DNA from: Azolla caroliniana
Lineage: Eukaryota; Plantae; Polypodiophyta
Direction of reading: 5' to 3'
Length of the DNA: 64,000 bases
Assembly (NCBI GenBank): GCA_043228905.1
Contig: JBHGNT010000014.1
Span: forward strand, 1,798,001 to 1,862,000
In this document: positions 60,869 to 64,000 of the stretch, one piece after another
How the letters are laid out: every line of letters starts with the position of its first letter
Position numbering within the stretch: the stretch's first letter is position 1
Notes under the pieces: generated by a model
What the model was told of the DNA's origin: nothing
Seen by the model: the letters and a program-made list of their open reading frames with translations, nothing else
Database searches by the model: none
Translations under genes and position numbers: made by a program

Positions 60869-63800
60869 TGTCGAGTTATTACGCAAGTGCGTGTGGAAAC
60901 GAGGCGGGACCGCGGGGGTCTCGAACCAAAGAGCAAGCGAGGGAGGAGAAAGAGAGAGAACCGGCTACGCAGGACCGGGGATACACAGGGACACGGCCCT
61001 TCAGCACGGAGAACGCGAACAGACACCGACACAGACAGATGCGAATGACTAAATATGTATATTAAGAAAAATGGCTAACACGACTACAACCCTCGATGGG
61101 GCACAGGTTGGTTACAACCGAACAGGCCGGCGAACAGATGCCGATGCTTGTTCGCTTCGACGCACAAAGGGGTAGCAGGTCGGAGGTGCTGCCGGAAGCA
61201 CTTGGGCGTTCCTCGAAACAGCGCGAGCCTCCTCGGAACCCTGCACAGAAAAGCTATGGAGCTCAAGAAGGAAGGAAACAGAGAGAGAAGCGTCCAGAAT
61301 AGGTCCGACAGCACTTCGTCCTCTCTGCGCGAGATGCCTGCAACAGCTCTTTCCTGCTCCTTATATAGGCCGACGAGCAGGCCGTCATGTCAGCTTTATT
61401 CCCTGTCCCTTTTGGACAGGGATCCGCTCCGTTCTTCCCGCATCCGCGTAGTTACGCCGCCGACTCGTACAGATCCTTAGCTCGCGCGCGCGACCGAAAA
61501 GACTGTTCGCGCGGTCTTTGTCTCCACTTGTGTTAGGGCCCGTTCCTGCCGATTATCCTCCTAATTCGCTTCTATGTACAACTTGGAGCGTGCGCGCGTG
61601 AAGAACCGGTTCCCACGCCTTGGTGCGCCGATTCCGCTTATGGACGGTTTTCTTCACGACATCCGCCCCCACCTAACCGCGCATCCTCCGGTATGCGCCA
61701 AGAGAGTTGGGACGGAGAAAACCGGCCCGTCTTCATTCCTCGCCCGTCGGTTCTTCCTCGTTTTCGGATCGTTCGTCACTGCTGACTAGGAGAGCCGGGT
61801 CTGGCTCGTCGTCGTGTCGCTTCTTGAACGCTTTGATCCGCTTCCCTGCAACCGGTATCGCCATTCTCGTGCCGTCTAGTTCCGCCAGGTGATATGTCCC
61901 GTTGTCATTGGCGCTCCGTACCACGTAAGGCCCGAACCACCTTCGTGCGAACTTCCGTGTAGCTCGGTGCTGGTTGTCGAGGCTGCTGTCGTAGACGAGC
62001 ACCCAGTCACCTTCTTCGATTTTCTTCGGTCGGAGCCGGTGCGTTCAGTCGAACCTGGCTTTGTTCTTTGTCCTCGCCACCTGGAGCTTCTCCGCAGCCA
62101 GTTCCACGTCCTCCGGTCTCCGCTCGAGCTGTCGTATACGCGCGGCCAACAACTCCTCCCGGCTCATCTCGTCCCTCCAGTCGACCGTTGCCCACGAGGA
62201 GATCGTCCGTTCCATCGGCATGATCGGCTTCTGGCCGAACATGAGCTCCGTCGGCATGTACCCGGTTACCGAACTGTGCGTGGTCCGGTCTGCCCACAAA
62301 GCATAAGGTAGCAGCCGCGGCCAGTTACCGACTTGGCCTCCGCATGCTCGAACCAGCGCCTTGACGATCGGTCCGTGTCCGCGCTCCACCTTTCCATTCG
62401 CCTCCGGATTGTACGCAGTGGTGAGCGAGAGCTTGACTCCCAACCGGTCGAACAGCTCCGCGGCTTCTTCGGCGTCCAACTCCCCTCGGTCAGCCACGAT
62501 CTTCCCGACGCACCCGTACCGGCATATCACGTCCTCGATTAGGAACAGACATACGGCCGCGGTCGTTTTGTTCGGAAGGGCCTGGCCTTCCACCTGGTTC
62601 GTCAGATCCTCCCGCGCTAGGACCAGGTACCGCATCTGTCCTACCCCCATTGGCATCGTCACCAGATCTACCATCCATTTGAAGTGGATGGTCGGAGGGT
62701 ACGTAGGGTGAAGCTCGTCCCGGTGTCGGACCACGGAGTGCATCTGACAGCTCTCGCAAGTTGTCACTAATCGATGCACGTCCCGGTACAGTCCCGGCCA
62801 CCAGTACTTCTCCTTTATCTTCTCGAACGTGGCCCAAGTTCCACGGTGTCCGGCCCAAGGGCTGTCGTGGTAGGCCGTCAGCAGCTCCTCCTGTTCTTCC
62901 TTCATCGCCACCACCCGGAGTGGAGCGCCGTCCCTCTTCTTCGGGTGCTTCCATAGATAGCCATCCCGGAGAAAGAACCGGTACGCTTTCTTCCGGATCC
63001 GGTTGGCCTCGTCTTTCGTCCATGACGCATCCGGCGCCATTGTCCTCAAGAACCCGCCGATCTGCAGCCACTCCCCGTCGTACTTGCTCGCGTCGAAGTC
63101 GTTAAGCGCCGGAGTGCTCGTCCCGCCGGTCGTTACGTATGCTGCCTCGAAGAAGTCCACGCCGACCTCTTCGTCTTCCGAAACCATGCCGCCTTCGTCA
63201 TCGAATCTCGCCCTTGAAAGCATGTCGGCCATGGCGTTGTCTTTCCCGGAAATGTGTCGTATTTCCGGGTCCAGGGACTTGATGTACGCTATCCACCTGA
63301 GCATTGCCAGGTCCGGCGTCGCGCATCCGGAAACCATGCCGAGAATCGGCATGCAATCCGTCTCTATGATTACCTCTGTCCCGATCAAATAGTCCTTGTC
63401 GGCCTTCACCGCCGAAACGATACCCCAGAGTTCGCGTTTAACCTGGGCGTATCCTCGCTGCCGCTCACTGAGGACCTTCGCGCCGAATCGGATCGGAAAC
63501 CGATTGCCGTCCTCGTCTTCTTGGTTGACGACCCACCCGATTCCGGTCGGACTCGTGTCAACCGTTATGTACACTGGGGTGCCCTTCCTGTAGACGGCCT
63601 TTCGGAGCGCCGGTGCTGCCGAAAGAGCCTCCTTCAGCTTCCGGACCGACTCCGTATGCTTGTCTAGCCATTCGAATCTTCGCCCTTTCTTCAATAATCC
63701 GTACAGCGGCTCCGCGACGTGCGCGTAATGCGGGATCCATATGTGGTAGAAGGCGCATGCTCCCAAGAATCTTCGTACTTCCGTGACCGAGCTGCAATCA

Positions 63801-64000
63801 GGCTTCATCGCGGAGATGGCTTCTACCTTTGCCGGAGACGGTTTCCGGCCATATGGTCCACATAAATGTCCGACCACCATGATTTCCGACTGCCCGAAGG
63901 CTGACTTCTCCCCCGAGAAGGTGAGCCTCGCATCCTCTAGCCTTTGCAGCACCTTCTCGCAGTCGTCGATGTGCGTCACCACGAATCGCCGGCATCCGTC
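60869..64000 (-). mobile_element. GC-rich Ty3/gypsy element without chromodomain; 3' LTR 60869-61661; continues beyond the window
   Basis: TGTCG...CGACA LTR, PPT GGGGGCGGA; inserted in copia RNase H. Confidence 0.88.
61733..64000 (-). pseudogene. pol: Gypsy pol (RT end, RNase H, integrase) with a single in-frame TGA at 62045-62047
   Basis: VDTSPTGIG, YAQVKRELW, ADMLSR, HDSPWAGH..CESC, DRGE, NGKVERGH, WFGPY; ORFs 62045-63982 and 61733-62002 share a frame. Confidence 0.92.

Noticed and set aside
62007-63995. Multiple overlapping ORFs around the GC-rich pol
   Set aside because: Expected from high GC content; only the RT/RNase H/IN frame has motifs.

Overview
Eukaryotic, transposon-saturated DNA with no ordinary host gene. 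It is most likely from a non-seed land plant such as a fern, lycophyte or bryophyte (inferred from the element mix). The window is a deep nest of Ty1/copia and Ty3/gypsy LTR retrotransposons, solo LTRs, an old L1 fragment and several TIR DNA elements, mostly decayed by C>T stop codons. Two elements look young and intact. One is a Tcn1/Tf1-sushi-type chromovirus (7293-17691, TSD GCAAG, LTRs identical by eye) with a self-priming PBS, a -1 frameshift signal and a tRNA-like Pol III cassette in U3. The other is a full-length RTEX/CR1-L2-like LINE (7621-12230) inserted in the (TC)n tract of that chromovirus's 5' LTR, with ORF1 and ORF2 in frame across one UAG. The least explained region is 19858-26112. 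It holds a Sola1/DUF7869-like transposase with a possible chromatin-reader C-terminus, a divergently transcribed spliced gene with a ParB/sulfiredoxin-like motif, and between them an array of about 11 palindromes whose arms covary. All family assignments come from motif recognition by eye; no searches were run.
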